64,000 nucleotides of DNA from Nanobdellota archaeon (GTDB lineage: Archaea > Nanobdellota > Nanobdellia > Woesearchaeales > UBA11576), in the NCBI GenBank assembly GCA_042576705.1, contig JBHPEY010000003.1:3438-67437 (forward strand). The letters run 5' to 3'. Both the position numbers and the translations under genes were made by a program. Positions 19,188 to 30,423 of this stretch are shown piece after piece (within the stretch, counting starts at the first letter, position 1; each line of letters begins with the position of its first letter). A model generated the notes under the pieces. It saw only the letters and a list, made by a program, of their open reading frames with translations. It was not told where the DNA came from and did not search any database.

Positions 19188-19289
19188 GAGATTATCATCT
19201 GCGGTTGTTGTTTAAAAATCTATCTGCAGAGCTCACGCTAATACCAAGCGTTTCATTATAGAAAAAAAAAGAAAAAAATAATGAAAACC

Positions 19290-22230
19290 GCGCATAGGAA
19301 GTACATAAAGAACGGTTAGTACACGCGTGCTGAACACGTCGCCGAAGCTTCGTGCTTACACACCGTGCCTATCAAACGAGTCTTTTACTCGAGTTCAAGG
19401 TGTCTCTTTTTGCGGGGGGTTTCGTGCTTAGATGCTTTCAGCACTTATCCCTGAAGGCGTAGCTGCCCTGCGTACCTTGTCAGATAACAGGTAGACCAGA
19501 GGCCTCGAGCCCCCGTTCCTCTCGTACTAAGGGGTCCTTCCACTCAGACACCAAACATTTCCAGTAGATATCAAACAAACTGCCTCACAGCGTTCTGAAC
19601 CCAGCTCACGATCCCTTTTGATGGGTGAACACCCCCACCCTTGGATGCTTCTGCACATCCAGGATAGGAAGAGCCGACATCGATGTAGCAAGCCGCGCCG
19701 TCGATAAACTCCAAGCTTTCTTGTGAAAACCTGTATGAGCTCTCGGGCGCGACAACTCTGTTATCCCCGGAGTAACTTTTCGGTCATCTCTAGCTCCCAT
19801 CAAGGAAGCATAGAGGTTCGCTAGACCAAACTTTCGTTTTTGGATTCCTCATTGACCAGAATCCAATCAGGCTGGCTTTTGCTCTTGCACTCCACGGCGG
19901 ATTTCTGACCCGCCTGAGCCAACCTTAGGGCACCATTGATAAATTTTCAACGGTGTGCCACCCCAGCCAAACTGTCCACCTGCCGCTGTCCTTGTCTCCA
20001 AGTGAGCGACGTAAGTCTAGAAGAGTGGTGTTACATTTTTGTCTATTCATGATCTGGCGACCATAACATAACGACTCCCACTTACACTATACAACAAAAC
20101 TCACGTCGCAACAACAAGCTACAGTAAAGTTTCACGGGGTCTTCGCTTCCCACTGGAAATCACTGGCCTTTGCACCAGTAAAGAGTGTTCGGGGGATTCA
20201 GTCTTGGGACAGTGAGGATCTCGTTACGCCATTCATGCAGGCCGTCATTCAAACGGCAAGGCATTTCGCTACCTTAAGAGAGTTATAGTTACTCCCGCCG
20301 TTTACCAGCTCTTAGCTCCCTTGGAAGGAAGTTTGAAGTACTGGCACTGGGCAGACGTCACCTTCTGTACACACCTTTGCAGGCTAGCAGAAAGTTAAGT
20401 TTTTGTTAAACAGTCGGACCCTCTGAGTCACTGCGCCCTATGTTTGCAGTCATGCGACTACAAGCATAGGGACCCCTTATACCGAAGATACGGGGCGAAT
20501 TTGCCGAATTCCCTAAAACTGATTAATCCCTCACACCTTAGGCTTCTCACCTAGGGGCACCTGTGCTGGTTCTGGGTATGATTGCTAAAGTTCCATTCCT
20601 GTTCCTTTTTCATGGAGTCCAGGCATTGACTGAATGGACCAAAGGCCCACTATTCCCGAGTTTATTCAACTTCTCATCATTAAGATTCTCCATTGAATTG
20701 TCTTGGTTAACACAATAGATGACTTGTGTCAGTCTAGCCAGAACCGTCAGAAACAAGACTTGTGTTGCCACGTGTACTAAAGCAGTAAAGGAATCTTAAC
20801 CTTTTTCCCTTTCCCGTGTTGCCAGTTAGGCAGACGGTTAGGATCAACTTACCCTTGACTGAACTGCATTGTCAAGGAACCCTTGCCCTTTCGGTGGTAG
20901 TGATTCTCACACTACTATGATCCTACTCTCACCAGGATCCTCATTTCTACGAGGTTCACTCCCTCTCTCGAGAAAGCTTTTGCCCTCGCAGAGCGCCTAC
21001 CTACCACAATCCTTTCGGATGTCTGAAGTATCGGTAACCTGCTTAGCCCCGTCCATTTTCGGGGCCCACATTCTTGACAAGTAAGCTGTTACGCACTTAT
21101 TATAGGGTGGCTGCTTCTAAGCCAACCTCCTCGCTGTCTGTGAATGTAAACACCCTTCACCCGTTAACACTTAGCAGGTATTTTGGGACCTTAACTTCAG
21201 TCTGGGTTGTTCCCCTCTAGCTACTCACCCTTACGACGAGTACCCGTCTCCCGGAATCTACGACGTTGAAACATTCGGAGTTGGACAGGAAACCGAGGAA
21301 TTTCTTCCCCTAAATCCCCAATCCGTATCTCTACCTTTTCAACTATCTCATCCGAGGTTTGACTACGGCCAATTTTGGTAGGAACCAGCTATCACCGTGT
21401 TCGATTGGCTTTTCACCCCTAGCCCAAAGTTAGAAGACTACTTGCCCGTAAGTTCTCTGCAGGCCTCCACGGGATTTTACTCCCGCTTCACCTTACCCTG
21501 GGTTAGATCACACGGCTTCGGGTCTGGCCCAAGTGACTCAAGGCATTTTCATACCTAGTCCCTCATTGCTTGCGGACTTATTGATTTCTCTGCGGGTACC
21601 TCTTTACAAGTTACCCTTGCCACTTAGACAAACTCCCTGGCACGTTATTCAAAACGGACGTTACAACTCCGAAGAGCCGTAACCCACTATAGCTATTAGG
21701 TTTCAAGGTCTTTTAACTCCCTGTCAAGGGTTCTTTTCAACATTCCATCACTGTACTGTACGCTATCGGACTCAAGACGTGTTTAGGGTTGGAGGTTGAT
21801 GCCCCCCATATTCGTACCAAATATCCAATTGATACTACTCTGGAACTCACTAAACCTTTCTGGTTTTCCCTTACGGGACTATCACCCTTTATCGTGCTGC
21901 TTTCCAGCAGACTTCAAGTCAACCAGCGAAGGCGAAAAAGTGGTCCAAACACCACATCTCTTACATCTTTCAATGCAAGATTCAGTTTGCCCTATACGGT
22001 TTTCAGTCGCCCTTACTCACCGCATCCCAATTGGTTTCTTTTCCTGCAGGTACTAAGACGTTTCAATTCCCTGCGTTCCCTTACCTTTCGGCATTAAAGC
22101 GAAGTCGCATTAAGGCACCCCCGGTTCAAAGCATACATGCTGCTAGCCGGGGCATATCGTAGCTTGTCACGCCCTTCGTCGGCGTCTTGAGCCAAGTCAT
22201 CCACCTAATAGCTTAAATTGTACTTCCTAT
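19290..22230 (-). rRNA. rrl: 23S rRNA (ends approximate)
   Basis: Reverse complement contains the 5'-region GCCGACGAAGGGCGTGACAAGCTACGATA and the 3'-region GCTGAAAGCATCTAAGC. Length of about 2.9 kb. Confidence 0.85.
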
Positions 22231-22502
22231 GCACGGCATCATTAACATGATGTGGGAAAAAAATGAACAGTCTGAGTGTTCTTCATGTCTTGCCCTTGAT
22301 ACAGAAAAATACATTCCTGCACTGCAGCGACCTTCTGTCGCGTGTGCCCTTATGGTGTGAATATGATGTTTTGTGAATTTGGAAAATGTGTTCTGTGGGA
22401 AAACTTCGTTTTCCCATATATAGAAAATCCCGACTTCATCGGGATTTTCAGACATTCGAAAACCAATTTAGCCGACTTCGTCGGCGAAATTGTTTTGTCG
22501 AA

Positions 22503-22646
22503 TGGACCCGTCGGGACTTTCATGATAATGCCCCTTGAGTCACCATCTTTTCGAACCCGAGGCCCCCGCCTTGCAAGGGCGGTGCTCTTTTCCGCTCCGC
22601 GCAAACCTTCGTTCGCAGACGAAGTACCAGACTGAGCTACGGGCCC
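22503..22646 (-). tRNA. tRNA-Ala(UGC) with two non-canonical introns (D-loop and T-loop 59/60), in the 16S-23S spacer
   Basis: Exons assemble to GGGCCCGUAGCUCAGUCUGGUA|GAGCACCGCCCUUGCAAGGCGGGGGCCUCGGGUUCGAA|UCCCGACGGGUCCA. Contains the G3:U70 Ala identity pair, anticodon TGC and a perfect T-stem. Confidence 0.7.
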
Positions 22647-22761
22647 AATTAATGTAATAAAAAACGTTGGAGTGTTTGGCAAACTTTAGCATTATCCCGT
22701 CGAAGACGAGCATCGCTTATTTAGTGGTTTTTTATCTTATCATTACTGATAAAATAAAAAA

Positions 22762-24340
<1,579 letters not shown>

Positions 24341-24561
24341 TGTTATTTTGGTCGCAAGAATTGAAATTTTGGTTTGGTCGAGAAAAGAGCAATTCGTCCG
24401 TTTTATTGACTAAAACGTCCAATTATTGCTCTATGTTTGCCAAACACTCCTAATTCATACTTAACAGCATCGTGTCAAGCATACACGTTTTCTTCCTTTG
24501 AATAAAGGAGAATTATGGAGTGGATAAAACAACAAGGTAGATTCTACGGAAAAATCGGTAA

Positions 24562-24570
24562 TTTATAAAT
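24562..24570 (-). promoter_or_regulatory. candidate TATA box for the rRNA operon
   Basis: tttataaat lies about 220 nt upstream of the 16S 5' end. The assignment is by eye only. Confidence 0.2.
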
Positions 24571-24868
24571 GTTTCGGCTTGTTTCAGGCGTTTTGCAGGG
24601 TTAAATCCCGGCCTACAGGCTAGCTAGGTAAATTGCCAAAAAATAGCTAAGAATAGTAGAATTACTTGGATCTAGCAAGCCTTCTTCTTTTCTCTTTCCT
24701 CATACGTTTGCGCTGCCATTTCCACCGCATCTGCTGCTTCTTTTTCCAGCGCCTTGAACTTCGTTTCATTCTTGTGTGTCTTCACAACCTTTGTGGTTGC
24801 TAGTTAACCTCGATATTTGATGTATCTGGGGGTCTAGAGGGGTTATTTAAAGGTTTGGTTTGGGAGCA

Positions 24869-25132
24869 TTACCTGCTGTACTTGTGTTTGAGGGTCAACT
24901 GTATGATGCTTATTATCAGTGCGATGAAGTTGCAGATCACGACGGGCATCGCCTTTATCATCGCACCGTATGTGAGCCAAAGGGTGCAGTTGAAGAAGTA
25001 TAACCATAGGGTTCCCCACGATAAGTCTCTGACTTTCTTTGTTGTTATTATCTTGATTACTTGGGGAAGCATCAGTGCTGTACCGACGACAGCTGCGGTG
25101 TATCCTATGAGTTCTGCGAGAATCCAAACCAT
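24869..25132 (-). CDS. SemiSWEET / PQ-loop family small membrane transporter
   Basis: 87 aa with 3 TM helices and a PQ motif (LMLPQVIKI). Confidence 0.65.
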   Translation of the reverse strand: MVWILAELIGYTAAVVGTALMLPQVIKIITTKKVRDLSWGTLWLYFFNCTLWLTYGAMIKAMPVVICNFIALIISIIQLTLKHKYSR

Positions 25133-25166
25133 ATTTTTCTACAAAGAATTCCGGTATAAAAAACTA

Positions 25167-25241
25167 TGCTCCCGCCGGGATTTGAACCCGAGTCTTTGCC
25201 TCGAAAGGGCAAAATGATTGGCCGGACTACACCACGGGGGC
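25167..25241 (-). tRNA. tRNA-Glu(UUC)
   Basis: Cloverleaf with anticodon loop CUUUCGA and T-loop TTCAAAT. One C3:A70 mismatch in the acceptor stem. Confidence 0.75.
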
Positions 25242-25345
25242 ATTTTTTTGTCCGTGTGAATATGAAAGTTTGTCAAGAGTCAGCGACCACCACTCTATGA
25301 GATAATGGACAGCAACTCTTGACAAACTAAGTTGACCATAATAGG

Positions 25346-25513
25346 TGAGCCCGCCGGGACATTCATCAAAGCTGCTTTGCGGTTCTGATTTTGAACCCGG
25401 GACCACCGGTTTACTTAAGCTGTGCGAAGCGTTGCCATATAAGACCGGCGCTCCAATTACCCGCTTTTTACGCGAGATGAGCGCTATAAGCACCAGGCTA
25501 AGCTACGGGCTCG
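25346..25513 (-). tRNA. tRNA-Ile(UAU) with three introns (D-loop, canonical 37/38, T-loop 59/60)
   Basis: Exons GAGCCCGUAGCUUAGCCUGGU|GAGCGCCGGUCUUAUA|AACCGGUGGUCCCGGGUUCAAA|UCCCGGCGGGCUCA. All stems pair and the anticodon is TAT. Confidence 0.6.
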
Positions 25514-25559
25514 CAATATAGTCTTTTTAAGGAGAAATTTGGGGTATTTATAAAATTTT

Positions 25560-26471
25560 GTGTTTGTCGGGTGTCTGGTATCAATAATTTTAATAATGTG
25601 TGCCTACTCTTTTTTTGACATGTTGGGGGATTATAATAGACGGGAGTCGTTCTATCACGCAGCGCTGATAAACTCTAAAACGGTGCGTCCGGGCACTTTA
25701 GCGGGTGAAAAGGCACTCAGGGCAAAGCTCCAGGAGCATGGCAGCTTTGAGGAGATATATCTTTCTGAGTCCGGCGGCCTTCTTGTTGATGATGAGATCA
25801 GTAGGGACAAGAGTCTTGTCAGTCTTCTGAAGCGGATTGATAAGATCAGTTTTGACTTCAGGGTCCTGACTGTGAATGATGTTGATTTCCCGCAGCACCT
25901 TAAGGATGTTGAGGGTTCTACCCCTGTGTTGTACACCTGTGGGGATGTGGGTCTTATGGATGAGCAGTCCATCTCTGTTGTTGGTACACGGAAGCTTGAG
26001 GACAGGGTTGATATCGAGGAAGGGGCAGCGGTCGTCAAGCGGCTTGTCGCAAAAGGCTATGTTGTGGTCAGCGGACTCGCAGCAGGGTGTGATACACTCG
26101 GGCACACAAAAGCGATCGAGCATGGCGGGAAGACTATTGCTGTTTTGGGGACTCCTCTTGATAGGTTCTATCCTAAAGAGAACAAGATGCTGCAGGAAAG
26201 GATTGCTGCGGAACATCTTGTCGTATCGCAGTATCCCATCGGTGTAAGGACTTTCCCTTCTTACTTTGCGCACAGGAACCTGACTACGGTGTCTTTGTCT
26301 ACGGAAGGTGTTGTTGTGGTACGTTCAGGAGACAAGAGCGGGACACAGCACGCGATACGCCACTGCGTGGCGCAGGAAAAGCCGTTGTATGTCATGGCTA
26401 ATAACTTTGGCAAGGGCTATGCCTGGGTAAAGGAGAGGAGACAATATCTCAAGGTGCCGAATGGAAGATGA
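25560..26471 (+). CDS. DprA/Smf-like Rossmann-fold protein with N-terminal TM segment
   Basis: VVSGLAAGCDTLGHTKAIEHGGKTIAVLGTPLDRFYPKENKMLQERIA matches the DprA core (SGLARGID...GG.TIAVLGTGLD..YP.EN). Confidence 0.75.
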   Translation: MFVGCLVSIILIMCAYSFFDMLGDYNRRESFYHAALINSKTVRPGTLAGEKALRAKLQEHGSFEEIYLSESGGLLVDDEISRDKSLVSLLKRIDKISFDFRVLTVNDVDFPQHLKDVEGSTPVLYTCGDVGLMDEQSISVVGTRKLEDRVDIEEGAAVVKRLVAKGYVVVSGLAAGCDTLGHTKAIEHGGKTIAVLGTPLDRFYPKENKMLQERIAAEHLVVSQYPIGVRTFPSYFAHRNLTTVSLSTEGVVVVRSGDKSGTQHAIRHCVAQEKPLYVMANNFGKGYAWVKERRQYLKVPNGR

Positions 26472-27670
26472 AAGGGTTCTATCTTTTTGATTCAGACATG
26501 ACACTTCTTGATACTACGTCGGTCAAGCCTCATATGATCACCAATGAAGGCAAGTCTTATGTTGTGGATAATCCTGGGAAATGTGGAGTGCACATCATTG
26601 ATGATTCTCTGCGTGATACAGTCAACAGCATGTACTCGCGTCATGAGAATGTCGCTATAGTCACTAACTCTCCGGAACGGTGCGCGCGCGCATTGCTTGT
26701 GCATCATGGATTCAACACAGGTATCCCTGTATTCGGTGCACTTTCGAAACCCAAGCCCGGCAGCCTTGAGGGTGTCATAAGATCCTTGGGCTGGGACTCG
26801 TCGAATGCTGTGATAATCGGCGACAGCCCTGGCGATATACTTGCGGGGCATGAATGCGGAGTGGCTGGTGTCGGCGTGACATGGGGTGATTTCCCTGAGA
26901 AGAAGCTCCTGAAAGCTGAACCTGCTGATATGATCCATGATCCTGTCCAGCTCGAAGACGTGATCGACTGTTTTGAGAATGATGAACTGGAATATTCTCC
27001 CCGAAGCGCTCCGGGTGAACATATCTTTCTTGAGAAGGAGCGCTGGGGTGTTGCTGAAGATGTGGTGGTCATTAAACTGTGGGATTATTACAAAAAAGAA
27101 CATCCTAATTTCAGGGATTCTAATTCGAGGACTGTCCTAAACTACAAGAGGATCAAGGAGTTCTCTGTTAACGATACTAAGCAAGGAGTCTGTGACAGAT
27201 TTTTCTATTCAGGAGAGGTCAGGAATGGCGCAGTATTGTACAAACTGATGAGGGTCGTCAAAAATGGGTTGCTGCACAAGATTGATCAGATGAATCTGCA
27301 GGGGTCGACATATGTCTTTGCTGCACCGAACTCGTTTCCTGAGTATTGCTATCGTTGTGATGCTAACCAATGGATGGCGAACCAGATCAACAGGCATCTC
27401 CAGAATGATTCTAAGACGCAGAGGAAGATGTTCCGCGTCTATCCGAAAGCAGAGGCGCATAACAATGGAAGCAGGGACCTGCCCACGCACTACAGGACAA
27501 TGGGGATGCTTGCCAAGAGGAGTGTTCCCAAGCCTGATAATGCCATACTGTTAGATGATGTCACCTCATCCGGCAGCCAGATCAAGGCGATGGCAAAGAT
27601 GATGCGGGGGTTCCTCAGGTATGAAGGCAACATATATGGGCTTGTCGTCGGTAAGAATGTCGGTTGGTGA
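26468..27670 (+). CDS. fusion of HAD-superfamily phosphatase (N) and ComF-like type I phosphoribosyltransferase domain (C)
   Basis: HAD motifs FDSDMTLLDT (DxDxT) and IIGDSPGDI. C-terminal PRTase motif AILLDDVTSSGSQI. Four-nucleotide ATGA overlap with the upstream DprA-like gene. Confidence 0.7.
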   Translation: MKGFYLFDSDMTLLDTTSVKPHMITNEGKSYVVDNPGKCGVHIIDDSLRDTVNSMYSRHENVAIVTNSPERCARALLVHHGFNTGIPVFGALSKPKPGSLEGVIRSLGWDSSNAVIIGDSPGDILAGHECGVAGVGVTWGDFPEKKLLKAEPADMIHDPVQLEDVIDCFENDELEYSPRSAPGEHIFLEKERWGVAEDVVVIKLWDYYKKEHPNFRDSNSRTVLNYKRIKEFSVNDTKQGVCDRFFYSGEVRNGAVLYKLMRVVKNGLLHKIDQMNLQGSTYVFAAPNSFPEYCYRCDANQWMANQINRHLQNDSKTQRKMFRVYPKAEAHNNGSRDLPTHYRTMGMLAKRSVPKPDNAILLDDVTSSGSQIKAMAKMMRGFLRYEGNIYGLVVGKNVGW

Positions 27671-27683
27671 GTTGGGGGTCTTA

Positions 27684-29231
27684 TTATATTGGCACGCACG
27701 CTGTTCCTTGCGGTGTATTCCTGCAGGTGCCTGTTATTGTCCTGTCCGGAGCCTTGAAGCTGCAGGATGCGCCTTCTGATTTCCCGCTGCATGCTGCGGT
27801 CGCTTCTGGAGGTGGTGTCCCTTGGCTATTTGGTGGTGTCTGGGTTGGTGGTTGCTGCTGCGTTGTGGTCGGTTGTGTGCTGGTGAACTTGACATCCACC
27901 AGTTCTGCTCCGCCTCTTACACATCTTGCGTAATTATATATCCTCCTTGCGTCGCCTTGCGGGCCGTGTCCTGTGGGGTAATCATCAGGGTCGCCTGACT
28001 TCGGGTCGCTTCTTTGGCAGCCTGCGCCGTGGACATCGAGCCAGACATTGTTCATGTAGCCCATCGCCCTTCCGAAGGAGATGTATGCAGCGCTGTCTGC
28101 GCTCCGTTCGTTCACGTGGGTTGTGCCTGTCCAGAAGAATGGGTAGTCTTTCTTTCCTGCTTCGTTTGTGATATCTGTTGTGTCGAAGATGGGGTCTATC
28201 GCTGCGGAGGATGTGGCGTCTGGCGATCTTGTGTAGTCTACTATTGACTGCAGTTCTTTTGCGTCTGGCAGGCGCCAGTCATCGTGTGTCGCTAGGTTGA
28301 GTTCTTCGCAATAATTGAGTGCGTCTTTCCATGTCATGCCTTTTTTGCTGTCCTGCTCCTGCCAGGTGAGCCCGCTCCAGTCGTCGGTGATTGTGTTGTC
28401 GTTGTTGTCCTTGAACCTGTTTATGCCGTAATCCTTACCTCTTACGTAGATGACGAAGAATGTCTTTTTCCCTCGGGGGGTTTCAATCCCATACCCTTTT
28501 ATCCTGCCGTCTGCGAAGTTCACGCCGAACACTGTCTCGTCTCCGCCCATGGTCGTTGAGATGTATTTCGTGCCTGAGGCCCACTGTGAATCTATGATGC
28601 GGTCACCTGTGCTTGTGTCTCCGTATTCGAAATTGAAGTAATCTGTGTCTATGAATGGGGTGAGGCCTGATGTGTCTTGTCCTGTGCTGTCTGGGTCTAT
28701 GCCTCTGAAATCCATGAGAGAGTATAGCTCTTTTATCGTCGGGATGCGCCAGTCGTCATGGCCTGCGAGACGGAAGTCTGCAGCTCCATCAATTGCTTGG
28801 TCGTATGTCTTTTTGCTTTTAGGGTCTTGCTGCCACATGAGTCCTGTGCTGAGGTCGGTTATTGTTCCGTCGTTGTTGTCTTTGTACTTCGGAGTCGTTG
28901 TCTGGTATTGTGCGTCCTGGCCGAAGAAGTCTGCGCCTTCGCTTGGGCAGCGCATTTTTCTTGTGTTGTCGTAGCAGTTGTCTTGGGATGTGTCTATGAT
29001 CGCTTTTTTATTTGTTGTTGCGGGTTTGTATTTTGATGTTGGTTCTTCTTGTTTGGTGTCTGTTGTCTTTTGTGTTTCTGTCGCAGGTGTTGTCTGTGTG
29101 GGTGTCTCTTCTGCTGTCTGCTCTGGTGTTGGTTGTGTTGTCGGTGTCTGCGTGGGTTGCACTGCGCAGCCTGCTATGAGAATAAGGATGATTGATAGTG
29201 CTATTAGCAGCCTCTTTTTCATGTTGGCCAT
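27684..29231 (-). CDS. secreted lipoprotein with two DUF1566 (Lcl C-terminal-like) domains and Thr/Pro/Gln-rich linkers
   Basis: Lipobox LIAGC; probable start MANMKK. Two repeats of ...GLMWQ/LTWQ...DDWRIPT/LPDAKEL... Confidence 0.6.
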   Translation of the reverse strand: MANMKKRLLIALSIILILIAGCAVQPTQTPTTQPTPEQTAEETPTQTTPATETQKTTDTKQEEPTSKYKPATTNKKAIIDTSQDNCYDNTRKMRCPSEGADFFGQDAQYQTTTPKYKDNNDGTITDLSTGLMWQQDPKSKKTYDQAIDGAADFRLAGHDDWRIPTIKELYSLMDFRGIDPDSTGQDTSGLTPFIDTDYFNFEYGDTSTGDRIIDSQWASGTKYISTTMGGDETVFGVNFADGRIKGYGIETPRGKKTFFVIYVRGKDYGINRFKDNNDNTITDDWSGLTWQEQDSKKGMTWKDALNYCEELNLATHDDWRLPDAKELQSIVDYTRSPDATSSAAIDPIFDTTDITNEAGKKDYPFFWTGTTHVNERSADSAAYISFGRAMGYMNNVWLDVHGAGCQRSDPKSGDPDDYPTGHGPQGDARRIYNYARCVRGGAELVDVKFTSTQPTTTQQQPPTQTPPNSQGTPPPEATAACSGKSEGASCSFKAPDRTITGTCRNTPQGTACVPI

Positions 29232-29274
29232 GTCTAGACTAACATTTATATAGTTTTGGTATGTTTTCTGGTGC

Positions 29275-29865
29275 ATGAAACTTATCCTTACGCGGCATGG
29301 TGAGACTGAAGAGAATCGCAAGCTAATAATGCAAGGACAGTCCGATGGAAAGCTGTCTGCTGATGGGATCTCTCAGGCAAAGAAGCTCGCCCTGCGGCTG
29401 AAGGACGAGAAGATTGACTGTATATATTCTAGTGATCTTTCCCGGGCTGCGGATACTGCGAAAGAGATTGCAGTGTATCATCCTGATGTTCCATTTGAGG
29501 TTGTTGCTGAGTTGCGTGAATGTTCATTGGGGGTCATGGAAGGGAAGACAAAGAAAGAGATGGGATTCTCAGATGGCGAGCGGCCGCCCAAGGAATTGCG
29601 TGATACCTGTGAAGGCTTTGATGTGCTGTTCTCTCGTGCAGAGAATTTTTTGCATAAGGTCTTGAGTAAGCATGCTGATGATGTTGTGCTTTTTGTTGCA
29701 CATAGCATCATCAATCGCGCTTTGATTGCCGTGATAACTGGAAAGGGTCATGAGGATGTGCCTTTTGTTGAGAGAGTAGGTAATGCTAGTGTCTCTGTGT
29801 TTGAGATTGATGAGGACAAGAACCATAAGATACATCTGTTCAATTGTGTTGGGCATCTGGAGTAG
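29275..29865 (+). CDS. histidine phosphatase superfamily (phosphoglycerate-mutase-like)
   Basis: LILTRHGETEEN RHG motif; C-terminal His (VAHS). Confidence 0.75.
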   Translation: MKLILTRHGETEENRKLIMQGQSDGKLSADGISQAKKLALRLKDEKIDCIYSSDLSRAADTAKEIAVYHPDVPFEVVAELRECSLGVMEGKTKKEMGFSDGERPPKELRDTCEGFDVLFSRAENFLHKVLSKHADDVVLFVAHSIINRALIAVITGKGHEDVPFVERVGNASVSVFEIDEDKNHKIHLFNCVGHLE

Positions 29866-29881
29866 TCCTGCGGGATGTCTG

Positions 29882-30088
29882 CTATCTTTTCTTCTTTCCT
29901 TCAAAGATAAACAGCTCGTCAATACTTGTCTTCAGTGCTTTGGCTACGTCGTGCGCGAGCTGGAGTGAAGGGTTGTATTTCCCTTTCTCCAGGAAGACTA
30001 TGGTCTCTCTTCTCACTCCGACTTTCTTCGCAAGGTCTTCCTGGGTAAGGTCGTATCTTGCCCTTAGTTCTTTTATCCGTGTTTTCAT
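29882..30088 (-). CDS. XRE-family helix-turn-helix transcriptional regulator (YozG-like)
   Basis: [39 protein letters not shown]. Confidence 0.8.
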   Translation of the reverse strand: MKTRIKELRARYDLTQEDLAKKVGVRRETIVFLEKGKYNPSLQLAHDVAKALKTSIDELFIFEGKKKR

Positions 30089-30089
30089 T

Positions 30090-30422
30090 TTACTTATCCA
30101 TCTTATCATAATAAAACAAGGAAATAAGACAGATGATCAAAGCACCTCCAAAGAGGATGACGAATGCTGGAAGCATTATCTCAATATTTTTTGTCAGATA
30201 CCCGTATGCAACTGTCGCAGATCCAAAAAATATCGTGTATAAAAAAGCATTCCTTGTCGCCTTTCCGATATTGATCTCTATCCGTTCATCACTCATCTTA
30301 TACACTGAAAAATATGAGATGAATCCAAGAAAGCCCAGGAAACCTACCTTGCCTTCAACAAAATACAACAAGCTCAAGACTGATAGGAATCCGAGGTACC
30401 AAAACGCGTTTTTCTTTTTCAT
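30090..30422 (-). CDS. small membrane protein (DUF2178-like) partnered with the XRE regulator
   Basis: ORF track; 3-4 TM. Typical HTH + membrane-protein gene pair. Confidence 0.4.
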   Translation of the reverse strand: MKKKNAFWYLGFLSVLSLLYFVEGKVGFLGFLGFISYFSVYKMSDERIEINIGKATRNAFLYTIFFGSATVAYGYLTKNIEIMLPAFVILFGGALIICLISLFYYDKMDK

Positions 30423-30423
30423 T

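Noticed and set aside
19188-19290. 5S rRNA downstream of 23S
   Set aside because: Only about 100 nt separate the 23S from the phosphoesterase gene and no 5S-like sequence is visible. 5S is presumably encoded elsewhere, as is common in archaea.
25560-27670. Integrase/prophage flanking the tRNA islet
   Set aside because: No integrase, transposase or capsid-like ORF is recognisable between 24.8 and 31.7 kb. The island interpretation rests only on tRNA clustering, duplicated tRNA ends and bacterial-like gene content.
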